Positions 37,227 to 46,424 of a stretch of DNA of 64,000 nucleotides are shown piece after piece. The notes under the pieces were generated by a model. The model was not told where the DNA came from. It saw only the letters and a list, made by a program, of their open reading frames with translations, and made no database searches. The translations under genes and the position numbers were made by a program. The stretch spans positions 1 through 64,000 of the forward strand of contig JBGSVZ010000068.1 of assembly GCA_041752695.1 (NCBI GenBank), in the 5' to 3' direction. The DNA comes from Terrimicrobiaceae bacterium (GTDB lineage Bacteria; Verrucomicrobiota; Verrucomicrobiia; Chthoniobacterales; Terrimicrobiaceae). Each line of letters begins with the position of its first letter. Position 1 is the stretch's first letter.

Positions 37227-38009
37227 TCAGGCACGACGCCGGGCGACCAGCAGGGTAAGACCGCCCATTGCAAGCAAGACAAAGGCACCAGGTTCAGGCA
37301 CGGCATTGACTTCGAAGGTGTCGAACCGACCATTACTTCCGCCGCTGACCGAGCCTAGTTGGTTGTCAAAATACAATCCCCAACCATCAACACTCCCGCT
37401 GCTTAGAGTGGTCGCCGTCCCCAAGCTGAAGGTTTGTCCCACTCCTGTAGTGAAAGTCAACGGAATCCAAAGAGTGGTGTTGTCCGTGGTCAAGGTCTTG
37501 AACTCGGCGCTGCTTGTGAATGAGCCTCCCGTCATGGCGGCGGTGGTAAAAGTCGTGTTGGAAACATACCAGGTCCCTGCAACTTGGAGCGCAACCTGCC
37601 CAGTGACGGCAACGTTGCCGTTGCCCAGGTAGAAGTTGATGTTCGTGAGATTGCTGTAGTTATAGCCCAAAGTTCCCTCAGCGGTATAGATGAGAGCGTC
37701 CAAAACTTGGGCGGAATTGGCAAAAGCAAAGCCCAGATTGGTCCCGGCGTAGGTGCCCGCGTTGACGGCTGGGACGTTGGTGAGCCTGCCCTCCTGGTTG
37801 CTGAGCGCGGTGGAGTCTACGGTGGGGAGACCGGAGTTGGCAAAGAGGCCGGTGCCGGTTGTTGCAAAACTGTCCCACCCCGCTTCGGATCCTAGGTTGG
37901 CGTTATTGGTGGTGGTGTAAAAAGTTTCGCGATAAATCACCGCGGAGTGGCCGGTGATCGCCGGTGTTATCGTTAGTGCGGCAAGGCAAAGCTTCAAGAT
38001 GGTTTTCAT
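37227..38009 (-). CDS. PEP-CTERM sorting domain protein
   Basis: Signal peptide MKTILKLCLAALTITPAITGHSA; C-terminal VPEPGAFVLLAMGGLTLLVARRRA. Confidence 0.93.
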   Translation of the reverse strand: MKTILKLCLAALTITPAITGHSAVIYRETFYTTTNNANLGSEAGWDSFATTGTGLFANSGLPTVDSTALSNQEGRLTNVPAVNAGTYAGTNLGFAFANSAQVLDALIYTAEGTLGYNYSNLTNINFYLGNGNVAVTGQVALQVAGTWYVSNTTFTTAAMTGGSFTSSAEFKTLTTDNTTLWIPLTFTTGVGQTFSLGTATTLSSGSVDGWGLYFDNQLGSVSGGSNGRFDTFEVNAVPEPGAFVLLAMGGLTLLVARRRA

Positions 38010-38102
38010 GATGGGATAATTCTATCTGGTTTGTAGGGGGCTTGTGGTCTCTGGGAAACCCGGGTTTCCGAGCAGAATTGTGTCAGATTTTTTTCAGCAT
38101 GA

Positions 38103-38131
38103 TTGACTCCTCGTGCGAAGGTTTTGACAAT
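38103..38131 (+). promoter_or_regulatory. Putative sigma70 promoter of the XylR-like gene
   Basis: TTGACT (38103-38108), 17-nt spacer, GACAAT (38126-38131). Confidence 0.5.
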
Positions 38132-38159
38132 GCGTCCTGGAAACCGCAAAGTTCTTCGA

Positions 38160-39329
38160 GTGTCTGCTTCGCGCAAGTCGGGTCGGCCGGTCATCGGCAT
38201 TTGCATCAACGGAGACAACCCTTATATGCACGGGGTTCATGCGGGGATCGTCCGCTTCGTGCAGGAGAAACCCTGCAATTGGGATCTCGTTCTTTGCCTC
38301 CCCGAAGCAAAATTGACTGTCATGGGCGAACTTAGGCGGCATTTTGACGGAATGATCTCGGCCTACACGGAGATCGATGCCGCGGAGACCCTGCGAAAAC
38401 GCCTGCCGACCGTGTTGGTTGGCTATCGCGGGGACGACCGGTTTCGCTACGTGTTGCCCAACCACAGGGCCAACGGTGAACTGGCCGCCCGCCATCTGAT
38501 GGAACGAAGTCTGGTCCAATTTGGCTCATTCATGAACGCGGACCCGCGGCATGTTACGCTGGCTTGGATGCACGAAGGATTTGAAGAGGCCGTGCGCTCG
38601 GCAGGGCACGACGTGGAGCGTTTCCACAATGGGACGCGCGCCCGACGGCCTTGGACGCTGCCGGACCAGATCCGGGACTTGGAAGAGTGGCTGTCATCAC
38701 TGGCCAAGCCGGTCGGCGTTTTTGCCAGTGATGATGATCACGCGTGGAGGGTGATTGAGGCAGCCAACCGGGCCGGGATCAAGGTTCCTGAGGAGGTCTC
38801 CGTGGTCGGCTCGATGAACGCCGAATGGATTTGCGAGTTCAGCCGTCCCCGCATCACGAGCGTGAGCTACAATCAGGTCGGGGTTGGCTATGAGGCAGCG
38901 CGCGCCCTGCATCGGATCTTGCAAACCGGGAAGTTGGAAAAAGGAATCACCTTTGCTCCAGTGGGCAGAGTGGTGGCCCGCGAGTCTTCTTTGGCCTTTG
39001 CGGTCGATGACCCGGTGGTGAACCGGGCGTTGCAAAGCATTTGGACCAAACATGAGCATGGATACCGGCTTTCCGGTTTACTCGAAGATTTGCCTGTGTC
39101 GAGGAGCGTGCTCTTCCAGCGATTTCGTGCGGCAAATCGGCCCCCTCCCGCAGAGGAACTCCGTCTTGCGAGGGTGGAGCGCGCAAAGCAACTTTTGGTC
39201 ACAACCCGCAAGCCGCTCGCAGAAATCGCGGACGAATGCGGTTTCGACCACCTCTCGCAGCTCAGCCGGGAAATCCGGGCCCAAACCGGCCTCCCTCCCA
39301 GCGAGTTCCGCCTGCAACGGGAAATCTGA
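38160..39329 (+). CDS. XylR-like regulator (periplasmic-binding-fold sensor plus AraC HTH)
   Basis: LAKPVGVFASDD, VPEEVSVVG and AraC tail LAEIADECGF...TGLPPSEFR. The start is uncertain (ATG 38130 or GTG 38160; the latter fits the promoter). Confidence 0.9.
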   Translation: MSASRKSGRPVIGICINGDNPYMHGVHAGIVRFVQEKPCNWDLVLCLPEAKLTVMGELRRHFDGMISAYTEIDAAETLRKRLPTVLVGYRGDDRFRYVLPNHRANGELAARHLMERSLVQFGSFMNADPRHVTLAWMHEGFEEAVRSAGHDVERFHNGTRARRPWTLPDQIRDLEEWLSSLAKPVGVFASDDDHAWRVIEAANRAGIKVPEEVSVVGSMNAEWICEFSRPRITSVSYNQVGVGYEAARALHRILQTGKLEKGITFAPVGRVVARESSLAFAVDDPVVNRALQSIWTKHEHGYRLSGLLEDLPVSRSVLFQRFRAANRPPPAEELRLARVERAKQLLVTTRKPLAEIADECGFDHLSQLSREIRAQTGLPPSEFRLQREI

Positions 39330-39509
39330 TTTTGAGGACTGGTCCCCCTCCAAGTCGCTGACCAGGTGCGGCACTTGGGCTCTGCGGCATTGGGGAGAAA
39401 AATAACGCCATCGGGGATTGAGCGAGCCTGATAGGCCGGTCTACCGTCTCGGCGCCATGGCCCCAGACGAGCGTTTTCCGCTAAAGAGCGTCCCCGCCAA
39501 ACCCCGACT

Positions 39510-41414
39510 ATGCGAAATCACCTAAAGGCAATGCCCCTAGCTCTCACCATCTTCGCCGAGGCCGCGCTTGCTACTGGTGTTGGCTCTGTTCGTGTCACCG
39601 GACAATTCCGGATCGTCAATGGGGCCGAAACGGTGCCGGCTGGATTGTTCGGCGTCCATGCCACAGCGCTGACGCCCGAAACCGCTGCCGATTGGGGCGT
39701 TGAGATGGTACGCACGATGGACCAGAAGCCGAACGGCAAGCCTGTGATTCCCGGTGAAAACGCCAAGGTGCCGGAGGGAATCGGAATGGTGGTTGAGTGT
39801 TTTTACGACCGCTACCAACCAGCCTTGATGCTGACAGACCGTTCCTGGCAGGAGAATCTGAAAAAACTCGCGAGGAATTATGCGACAAACGCCCGTGGTA
39901 CTGGCCGCACTCACACCGTCGAATTTTGGAATGAACCTTACCTGAACTGGGCGAAGAAACCCGGGGTCAATTACGACGGAGAGTTGTATGAACCCGGGAA
40001 GGAGGGGCAGGCGATGACGATCAAGGGGGAGAAGAAACCTCTCAATTCCCTGGTCTGGTCGGAGCAACTCGTCGCGGTGGATGCAGCTACGGGGAAAGTC
40101 GACTACCTTGCCTCCTCTTACGCACTTCCACTGGTCTGGAAAGGCGAACTCAAAGAGGGTGATGAGTACATTTTTCGAGAGACAAAAATCTGCCGTATGG
40201 AGACCCGCCCGTGGGGCCGAGACCCCGGACAAAAATCCTGGTTTTCCGGCCCGCAGAACTCCGAATTTTACCGCCAGATGTTTGTTCCCTTCGCGAAGAC
40301 GTTGAAAGAATCAAACTCCGATGTTCAGCTCGTTGGAGGGTGGGGCTTCCACATTAATCAGGACAATTGGGTGGCATGGCCGGTATTATTCAAGCCTCTC
40401 ATCGATGAATCGATCCAGTGGCTCGACGGGATTAACGAGCACCATTATGGGGGCGATACGCGGATGGTGGCGGGCACCTACGAGGTGGTGAGCGCCTATG
40501 CACAGACCGAGCATGGAAAACGACTGAAATTCTACAACACGGAGGCGGGTGGAGCACTCGATCCCGAGCGGCCGGATGTTCCAGCCGCGCCAAATTTCCA
40601 AGCTAATGCGGGCAGCGCCCTCTTCGGTGCTTTCACTTATATGGTGCGCGATGTCCTCCACCTCATCGATATCTGTCCGGACAAGGCCGTGGCGCGGGCC
40701 TCGCACATGGCGGATAAAAACGGCGACCGCTTTGCCCTGAAATTTCTGAAAGATTTGCGCGGGCGCCTGCTGGCCGTGGACTCTGGCGTACCAAAGGTCT
40801 GGACGGTGGCCTCCATGCGTGACCATGAGCTGTGTGTGATTGCCTTTAACGACAACGCGCAGGCCAAAACCTTCCCGCTCCGCGTGGAGGCGCCGGCTGG
40901 CTGGAGGATCACCAGCGGGTTCGTGGAAGAGCCGGAGCGTGCCGACGATCAGATCAAGTTTCAATCGGAGTCCGTCCCGGTTTCCGATGGGGTTTTCGAA
41001 GGCACGATCGATCTGGCGGGCAAATCGGCGAAAAAGTGGATTTTTGAATGCGTCAAGGTGCCGGGGGCTGGACGACCCCGGCAGCGGGTCGAAACTCAGT
41101 TTTTTGCGCCCGGCATCATCAATCGACTGTCGCCCTCCAGCCCGGTGGAGCTGGAAATAAAAATCCCTCCGGACGCGCTGAAAACGGGAGCATCCGCGCA
41201 ATTGAAGATCGTGCAAGAAGGTTGGAATCCAGACTGCGTCTTCTTACTGAATGGGCAGGAGATAAAACTCGAAATCATCAATTCCTGGACTCATCTCCAA
41301 TCGGTGGACCTTGCCCTCCTGCAACCCGTGAACTCTCTGGTGTTCAGAACCCGTTCCGAAAAACCCACGACCATCGGCGCTGCGAGCATAGTGGTCACCA
41401 GCCAATTTCCATGA
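39510..41414 (+). CDS. Secreted putative clan GH-A-like glycoside hydrolase, family unassigned
   Basis: Signal-like N-terminus; GLFGVH, VEFWNEP (acid/base-like), INEHHY and FYNTEAG (nucleophile-like). Confidence 0.7.
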   Translation: MRNHLKAMPLALTIFAEAALATGVGSVRVTGQFRIVNGAETVPAGLFGVHATALTPETAADWGVEMVRTMDQKPNGKPVIPGENAKVPEGIGMVVECFYDRYQPALMLTDRSWQENLKKLARNYATNARGTGRTHTVEFWNEPYLNWAKKPGVNYDGELYEPGKEGQAMTIKGEKKPLNSLVWSEQLVAVDAATGKVDYLASSYALPLVWKGELKEGDEYIFRETKICRMETRPWGRDPGQKSWFSGPQNSEFYRQMFVPFAKTLKESNSDVQLVGGWGFHINQDNWVAWPVLFKPLIDESIQWLDGINEHHYGGDTRMVAGTYEVVSAYAQTEHGKRLKFYNTEAGGALDPERPDVPAAPNFQANAGSALFGAFTYMVRDVLHLIDICPDKAVARASHMADKNGDRFALKFLKDLRGRLLAVDSGVPKVWTVASMRDHELCVIAFNDNAQAKTFPLRVEAPAGWRITSGFVEEPERADDQIKFQSESVPVSDGVFEGTIDLAGKSAKKWIFECVKVPGAGRPRQRVETQFFAPGIINRLSPSSPVELEIKIPPDALKTGASAQLKIVQEGWNPDCVFLLNGQEIKLEIINSWTHLQSVDLALLQPVNSLVFRTRSEKPTTIGAASIVVTSQFP

Positions 41415-42643
41415 ACGAGCTCCCCGTCCGCCTCCGCGCTTATGAAGATCTTGCCTATGGATTGTTTCTCCACTGGGGCCTGTACTCGCAAATCGAAAGC
41501 GGTGAGTGGGTGCGCAAATACCGGGAGATTCCCAAGGAAGAATATGCGGCATTAGCCTCGAGCTTCACGGCAAAGCATTTTGACGCCCGCAGGCTGGTGC
41601 AGTGGGCGAAGCAGGTGGGATTTCGGTACATTTGTCTCACCACCCGGCATCACGATGGGTTCTCCCTCTACGACACACGGGGGCTGAACGATTTCGACGC
41701 GCCGCACAGTGCGGCGCGGCGCGACCTTGTTGCCGAGTTTGCCGCGGCCTGCCATGACGAAGGCTTGGCGATGTTTTTTTACCACACCACGCTCGATTGG
41801 CTGGTGGAATCGTTTCGTAAGGACTTCCCCGCCTATCTGGAATACTTGCGAAACTCCGTGGAAATTCTTTGCACCCAATATGGCAAGGTAGCGGGCCTCT
41901 GGTTTGACGGGAACTGGGCGTGCCCGGAAGCGGACTGGGAGGAGGATCGGCTCTACGGGCTGATCCGGAAGCACCAACCGGATTGCGTGATCATCAATAA
42001 TTCAAGTGTGAAGGCTCGTGGTGCCCGAGGGCATCCTGAAGTCGATGTCCTCACGTTTGAGCAGGGAGTGCCGACGCAGGTCGCCTCCCCGGGACGGTGC
42101 CTTGCCCGCGAAATGTGCGAGACAATCAACAGCCACTGGGGCACGGCTTCGCTCGATCTCTCCCACAAAAGCCCTGCGGGGCTCATCACCACCCTGGCCG
42201 CCTGCCGGGGAGCCGGGGCCAACCTGCTCCTCAACATCGGACCTCATGCCGACGGTTCGCTGCCGGATTACGAAAAAAGCGCACTCGATCTGGTCGGGCG
42301 TTGGATCACCCATTGCGGCAGCAGCATCTACCGCGGACGTCCAACCTCGCTAGTCTGCCGGGGACAGGATTTTGTTCTTCAAGAGGACATGGACTATTTT
42401 TGCTTCGTTCACCACATTCCGATTTCTGGAAACCTGCACCTGCAATCAAACGAACCGGGCAGCGGATTAAAGACGATCCAGGGCAAGCTTCCACGGATCG
42501 CGAGGGTTTGCTGGACGGATAACGGAGAATCACTGGGCTTTTGTCAGGATCATGAGAAACAAATGTTCACGTTTGATGCGACCCCTTTCCCATATGGACG
42601 AGAGACCATCGTGCGGGTCGCAAGGCTGGAAGTGGCTTCATGA
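41411..42643 (+). CDS. GH29 alpha-L-fucosidase
   Basis: YGLFLHWGLYS, LTTRHHDGFSLYDT, GLWFDG and NLLLNIGP. ATGA overlap with the upstream stop. Confidence 0.95.
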   Translation: MNELPVRLRAYEDLAYGLFLHWGLYSQIESGEWVRKYREIPKEEYAALASSFTAKHFDARRLVQWAKQVGFRYICLTTRHHDGFSLYDTRGLNDFDAPHSAARRDLVAEFAAACHDEGLAMFFYHTTLDWLVESFRKDFPAYLEYLRNSVEILCTQYGKVAGLWFDGNWACPEADWEEDRLYGLIRKHQPDCVIINNSSVKARGARGHPEVDVLTFEQGVPTQVASPGRCLAREMCETINSHWGTASLDLSHKSPAGLITTLAACRGAGANLLLNIGPHADGSLPDYEKSALDLVGRWITHCGSSIYRGRPTSLVCRGQDFVLQEDMDYFCFVHHIPISGNLHLQSNEPGSGLKTIQGKLPRIARVCWTDNGESLGFCQDHEKQMFTFDATPFPYGRETIVRVARLEVAS

Positions 42644-42693
42644 TCACGATGACGTCTGCCGGTTGTTGCTAGTGCCGCGGCCCTCCCGCACCC

Positions 42694-44259
42694 ATGAGAT
42701 TAGCCATTTCCCTCTTCGCCCTGGCCATGCTTTCCCCGCTTCACGGTGAAGAGAAGCCCGATGAGGTCGTAGTCGATGTTCTTCCGAACAAGCGAGTAAA
42801 ATTTGATCCCGCAGCCATCTACCGGCAGGATCAGGAAGTATTGCAGGGCGTTTTCGGGACCAGCCAGGCCGACTCCATTGCGGGTATGGACCTTCTTTCC
42901 TCGAATCAGATTCTCATCGCGGGAAAAGTCGGCGCACCGACGCAAATCCCCGCCGCAATTCCCCGTGAAACGCTGAAAGGTTTGTCGGGAGGAGGGCCGG
43001 CGTTTCTGGCGGTGTTTGATCCCACTTTTCGAACGTTGGAGCGGCTGATTTATTTGCCTCCTGATAAGCCGAATCTCGGCACGCTCTGCATCGGGAAGGA
43101 TGGGTCGGTATATTTGGGCGGAGGCTTTGCGGGCAGCGGGTCTTTTGTTTTGAAGCTCAACCCGACCCTGACGGAGGTGATCTGGACCGCAAAACTTCCC
43201 GGCACGGGTGTGAGCAGCTTGGTGGTGATGGCGGACAACTCTGTGGTGGTCATGACAGAGGGGGACGGTCCTTTCCTTTCCCGCATCAAACCGGATGGCG
43301 TGGGACTGATCCCCTTCGGCTCGCAGGAACGCTTTCGCTATGATCGCGCCAACCCTGATGTGAACCAGAAATACTGGATCGATCTCGGATATCAGGAAAA
43401 GGGGCTTCTGGATCAGGGCTTCATGCGGGGCGGTATTTCGGATCTGGGATTGACGCCCGATGGCAATTTGGTGCTGCTGGCTTGCCACTCCATCCGAATT
43501 CCCGGGGTCGGGCCGGACTTCGACGCGATGCTCCTGAAGTTCACGCCCGCCGGGGAAGTGCTCTGGGCGAAGAATCTGGCCGAAGGAATTCCCAACGAAC
43601 CAGACAACAAATACCCCCGGCTTTACGTGGATCCTTATTCCGGCGATCTTATTCTTAGCCTGACTCAGCACGGAGCCTTTCAAAAAGGTCACAATCTCGC
43701 CGTCACACCGGGCTGCTATCTGACGACCGACGAATGGTTCACCGGCGATCTGTTCCTGGGATGGATCGGGCGGGTCGATTCGGAGACGGGTGAAATCAAG
43801 GCGGCGACCATGTACTTTCCCGACTTGCGCAAACCAAAGCGGGCTGGAAAGAGCTTCGCGGGGTCCCTTTTTCCCGAAGCCCTTCGTACTGATAAAGCAG
43901 GCCGGATCTATGTGATCGGCACCACCGCTTACAAGCTGGCGACCACCAAACACGCCTTTCAACCGGAATCGCTGGGAGGTTCCGGATTCCTGAGTGTCTT
44001 CGATTCGGGGCTGACGCAGCTCCTTTACGCGAACCTCATCACGGCGAAGGGCTTGGCCACTTCGCCGAAACATTTGCTAATTTCGGAACTGGGCCCGATC
44101 GTTTCAACCGAGGTCACCCCGCAACAAGAACCCCTCCGGCAGCTTGTCACTACTAACACCGACAAGACCAATTTCCTCAAGCCCGTTGCCACCGGGGAAG
44201 TTGATGTTCTTTTTTCCCTGCTGCCTTCAAAGGCGTGGTTTATGGAAAGGGAGGATTAG
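42694..44259 (+). CDS. Secreted beta-propeller protein (SBBP-repeat-like)
   Basis: Signal peptide; repeats KDGSVYLGG, PDGNLVL, LLKFTPAGEVLWAK and DKAGRIYVIGTT...TTKHAFQP. Confidence 0.75.
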   Translation: MRLAISLFALAMLSPLHGEEKPDEVVVDVLPNKRVKFDPAAIYRQDQEVLQGVFGTSQADSIAGMDLLSSNQILIAGKVGAPTQIPAAIPRETLKGLSGGGPAFLAVFDPTFRTLERLIYLPPDKPNLGTLCIGKDGSVYLGGGFAGSGSFVLKLNPTLTEVIWTAKLPGTGVSSLVVMADNSVVVMTEGDGPFLSRIKPDGVGLIPFGSQERFRYDRANPDVNQKYWIDLGYQEKGLLDQGFMRGGISDLGLTPDGNLVLLACHSIRIPGVGPDFDAMLLKFTPAGEVLWAKNLAEGIPNEPDNKYPRLYVDPYSGDLILSLTQHGAFQKGHNLAVTPGCYLTTDEWFTGDLFLGWIGRVDSETGEIKAATMYFPDLRKPKRAGKSFAGSLFPEALRTDKAGRIYVIGTTAYKLATTKHAFQPESLGGSGFLSVFDSGLTQLLYANLITAKGLATSPKHLLISELGPIVSTEVTPQQEPLRQLVTTNTDKTNFLKPVATGEVDVLFSLLPSKAWFMERED

Positions 44260-44270
44260 ACCCCGAATAC

Positions 44271-46424
44271 TCACGGCGAGTCAGGCGCTGCATTGGTGGT
44301 CGAAAAAGCCACGTCCCGAATGCTAACATTGCCCCGCCCGGTGAGCCAGAGATCGACCTCTCCAAGGTCCCGTGGGTGTTTGCCTTTCGGAACGACCGAC
44401 TCGTAGTGAAACCACCGGCCGATCGGTGGCGGGGTGATTGTTTTGAAAATGCATTTTCCGCCTTCGGGCCGGTCGCCGCCGTTGCGATATCCGGCATGGC
44501 CAACGGCGGTCAATCGGTCAAACTTGCCCTCCAACTTCATGAAAAACGAAAGGCGCACGTTGGCGTCAACCGTGTCCTCGTTCTCCAGACCCATGAAGGC
44601 AATGGTCACGCCCTGTCCGAATTTCGTCGGGGCATCCCGCCGCTGCCGAAAGACGCTGTTCTCCGCGGGATCGTGCCAGGTCTGGGTGAATGTATTGCCG
44701 ACACCGTTGCCGTCAGCGGCTTCCTCGATGACATGGAAGACTTCATACGGAACAGGGGCCACGCCCCAGGAGGCGGACATTTTCGGGATTTGATAAAGGG
44801 TACGCCCCTTTTTGTCCTTGGCAAAAAATACGTCGGGATTCCAACTGGGCATCAGTCCATAGAACACACTCATGCGCGAAGGCCAGCCGTTGGCATCCTC
44901 CGTATTGCCCGCCTGGCTGAGGAAGCGCTGCGCATCGCCCGTCCCGCCAGTGTGTCCCTGGTGACGACTGGCAGGAACCGCGCAGAAGCTGGCCATTTGG
45001 GGAAGCGAGAGATACTTCACCCGGTCGGGCGTGCTGGTTTTCACCGGCGTGGGGCTTCCGAAGTCCAATCCTCCTTTTTGTTTTCCGAGCGCGAAGAAGA
45101 TCCGCCCGAATTGTTCCGACCAGATGAGGTCCATGATGCCATCCTCGTTCCAATCGCACGGCTGGGGGCAGCTGAAACGCAGAAATTTCGCGCTCTCCTG
45201 CCCTTGAAAAGTGACGTTCTGGCATTCGGTCATTTCCGCCCCGCCGCTGGCATATTTGCCTCCCGGGTTGGGGAACACCGTCAGTCGTCCGTCCGCGTCA
45301 TTGACAAACAAATCGAGCCACCCGTCGCCATCCCAGTCCCAGGCAAAGGGTGAAAGGAAGGTGCGTTCCTCCCCGACCATGAGTCCGAACTCGTTGCGAC
45401 CGTTTTCCGTCGCGAGATTGGCCCGGGTGAAATTGAGAAACAACCGTACCGTATTGACCGAATACGTTCCCTCGCCGAGCAGAACATCGGGAACCCCGTT
45501 GCGATCCCAATCGCAAACGAAGGGGGTCGTGTAGTTCATAAAATTCGCCGGGGTCAGAGTGGTCTGGCGGGTCACAATGTTGTAGCTAGGAACCAGTTTC
45601 AAAATCACGCCGTCCTGGGATTTGGTGTAGGTACGATAGTTCGGTTGGCCGGGCCGACCGGAGTTTTTCGCCAGATAGAGCGTGCCTTGCGCATCACCCA
45701 CCAGAAAGTCGATCAGGCCGTCGCCCTGGAGATCGCAGGGGGCGGCGACAGCGCGCAGCTGACGGAAGCCATTCAGCGTGCAGAGGGTGGAGCCAGGCGG
45801 TGAGGCACCCGCACTCTCCCAAGGGTAGGGGAACTCAGTTTTCACGTGGGCGGCGATTTGTTCGGGAGTCAATTGCTGGCCCTTCGGGTTCCTTTTCATT
45901 TCCCGCAGGATTCGCTCGGCGGCCTTTTCCCGCTTGGCGTCAATCGTGCCTTTTTCCCTTTCCTGGGTCTTGGAAAGGCCTTTGTTTTCCGGGGCCTGAT
46001 CGATTGGGGCGAAGCGCGACCGTTCGTTGTCCACCAACAAGGGCATCACTTCACCCAGTCCGAACTTCGGATTACCCGGGGCTCCGATGTTTTTCCAGAA
46101 CCAGAAAATCCCCGCCCCGTCCGGGGCCACAATGTCGGGGAGTTTGTCGCCATCGAGATCGACGAACGAGGCCGAATTTGCCAGGTAGCCGTAGGAGAAT
46201 TGGTTGCTCTTATCCACATGGATGTTGACGCCCCGCATCTGCACCGACTTGCGGAGGAAGCCGAACTCATCCACGCCCGTCCACGGGTAAACCACTTCTT
46301 CGGTTTTCTCAAAACGCCCGTCGCGGAGATAATTTGGGCCGGTCATGCCACTCATGCTGTCCCCGGCCTGCAGGGAGGTGAGGGCGACCAAAAGTCCGGT
46401 GACGAGAAAATTAGCGGTTTTCAA
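44271..46424 (-). CDS. Secreted FG-GAP/VCBS-repeat protein
   Basis: Repeats DLDGDKLPDI, DLQGDGLIDF, DWDRNGVPDV, DWDGDGWLDL and DWNEDGIMDL. The TTG start at 46424 gives signal peptide MKTANFLVTGLLVALTSLQA. Confidence 0.85.
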   Translation of the reverse strand: MKTANFLVTGLLVALTSLQAGDSMSGMTGPNYLRDGRFEKTEEVVYPWTGVDEFGFLRKSVQMRGVNIHVDKSNQFSYGYLANSASFVDLDGDKLPDIVAPDGAGIFWFWKNIGAPGNPKFGLGEVMPLLVDNERSRFAPIDQAPENKGLSKTQEREKGTIDAKREKAAERILREMKRNPKGQQLTPEQIAAHVKTEFPYPWESAGASPPGSTLCTLNGFRQLRAVAAPCDLQGDGLIDFLVGDAQGTLYLAKNSGRPGQPNYRTYTKSQDGVILKLVPSYNIVTRQTTLTPANFMNYTTPFVCDWDRNGVPDVLLGEGTYSVNTVRLFLNFTRANLATENGRNEFGLMVGEERTFLSPFAWDWDGDGWLDLFVNDADGRLTVFPNPGGKYASGGAEMTECQNVTFQGQESAKFLRFSCPQPCDWNEDGIMDLIWSEQFGRIFFALGKQKGGLDFGSPTPVKTSTPDRVKYLSLPQMASFCAVPASRHQGHTGGTGDAQRFLSQAGNTEDANGWPSRMSVFYGLMPSWNPDVFFAKDKKGRTLYQIPKMSASWGVAPVPYEVFHVIEEAADGNGVGNTFTQTWHDPAENSVFRQRRDAPTKFGQGVTIAFMGLENEDTVDANVRLSFFMKLEGKFDRLTAVGHAGYRNGGDRPEGGKCIFKTITPPPIGRWFHYESVVPKGKHPRDLGEVDLWLTGRGNVSIRDVAFSTTNAAPDSP

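Noticed and set aside
24348..39508. CAAACCCCGAC present after both XylR-like genes (24348 and 39498)
   Set aside because: Only 11 nt, at different distances from the start codons, and A/C-rich leaders are common in this window; probably chance.
42700..44073. 457-aa minus-strand ORF
   Set aside because: Antisense to a gene with a clear signal peptide and repeats.
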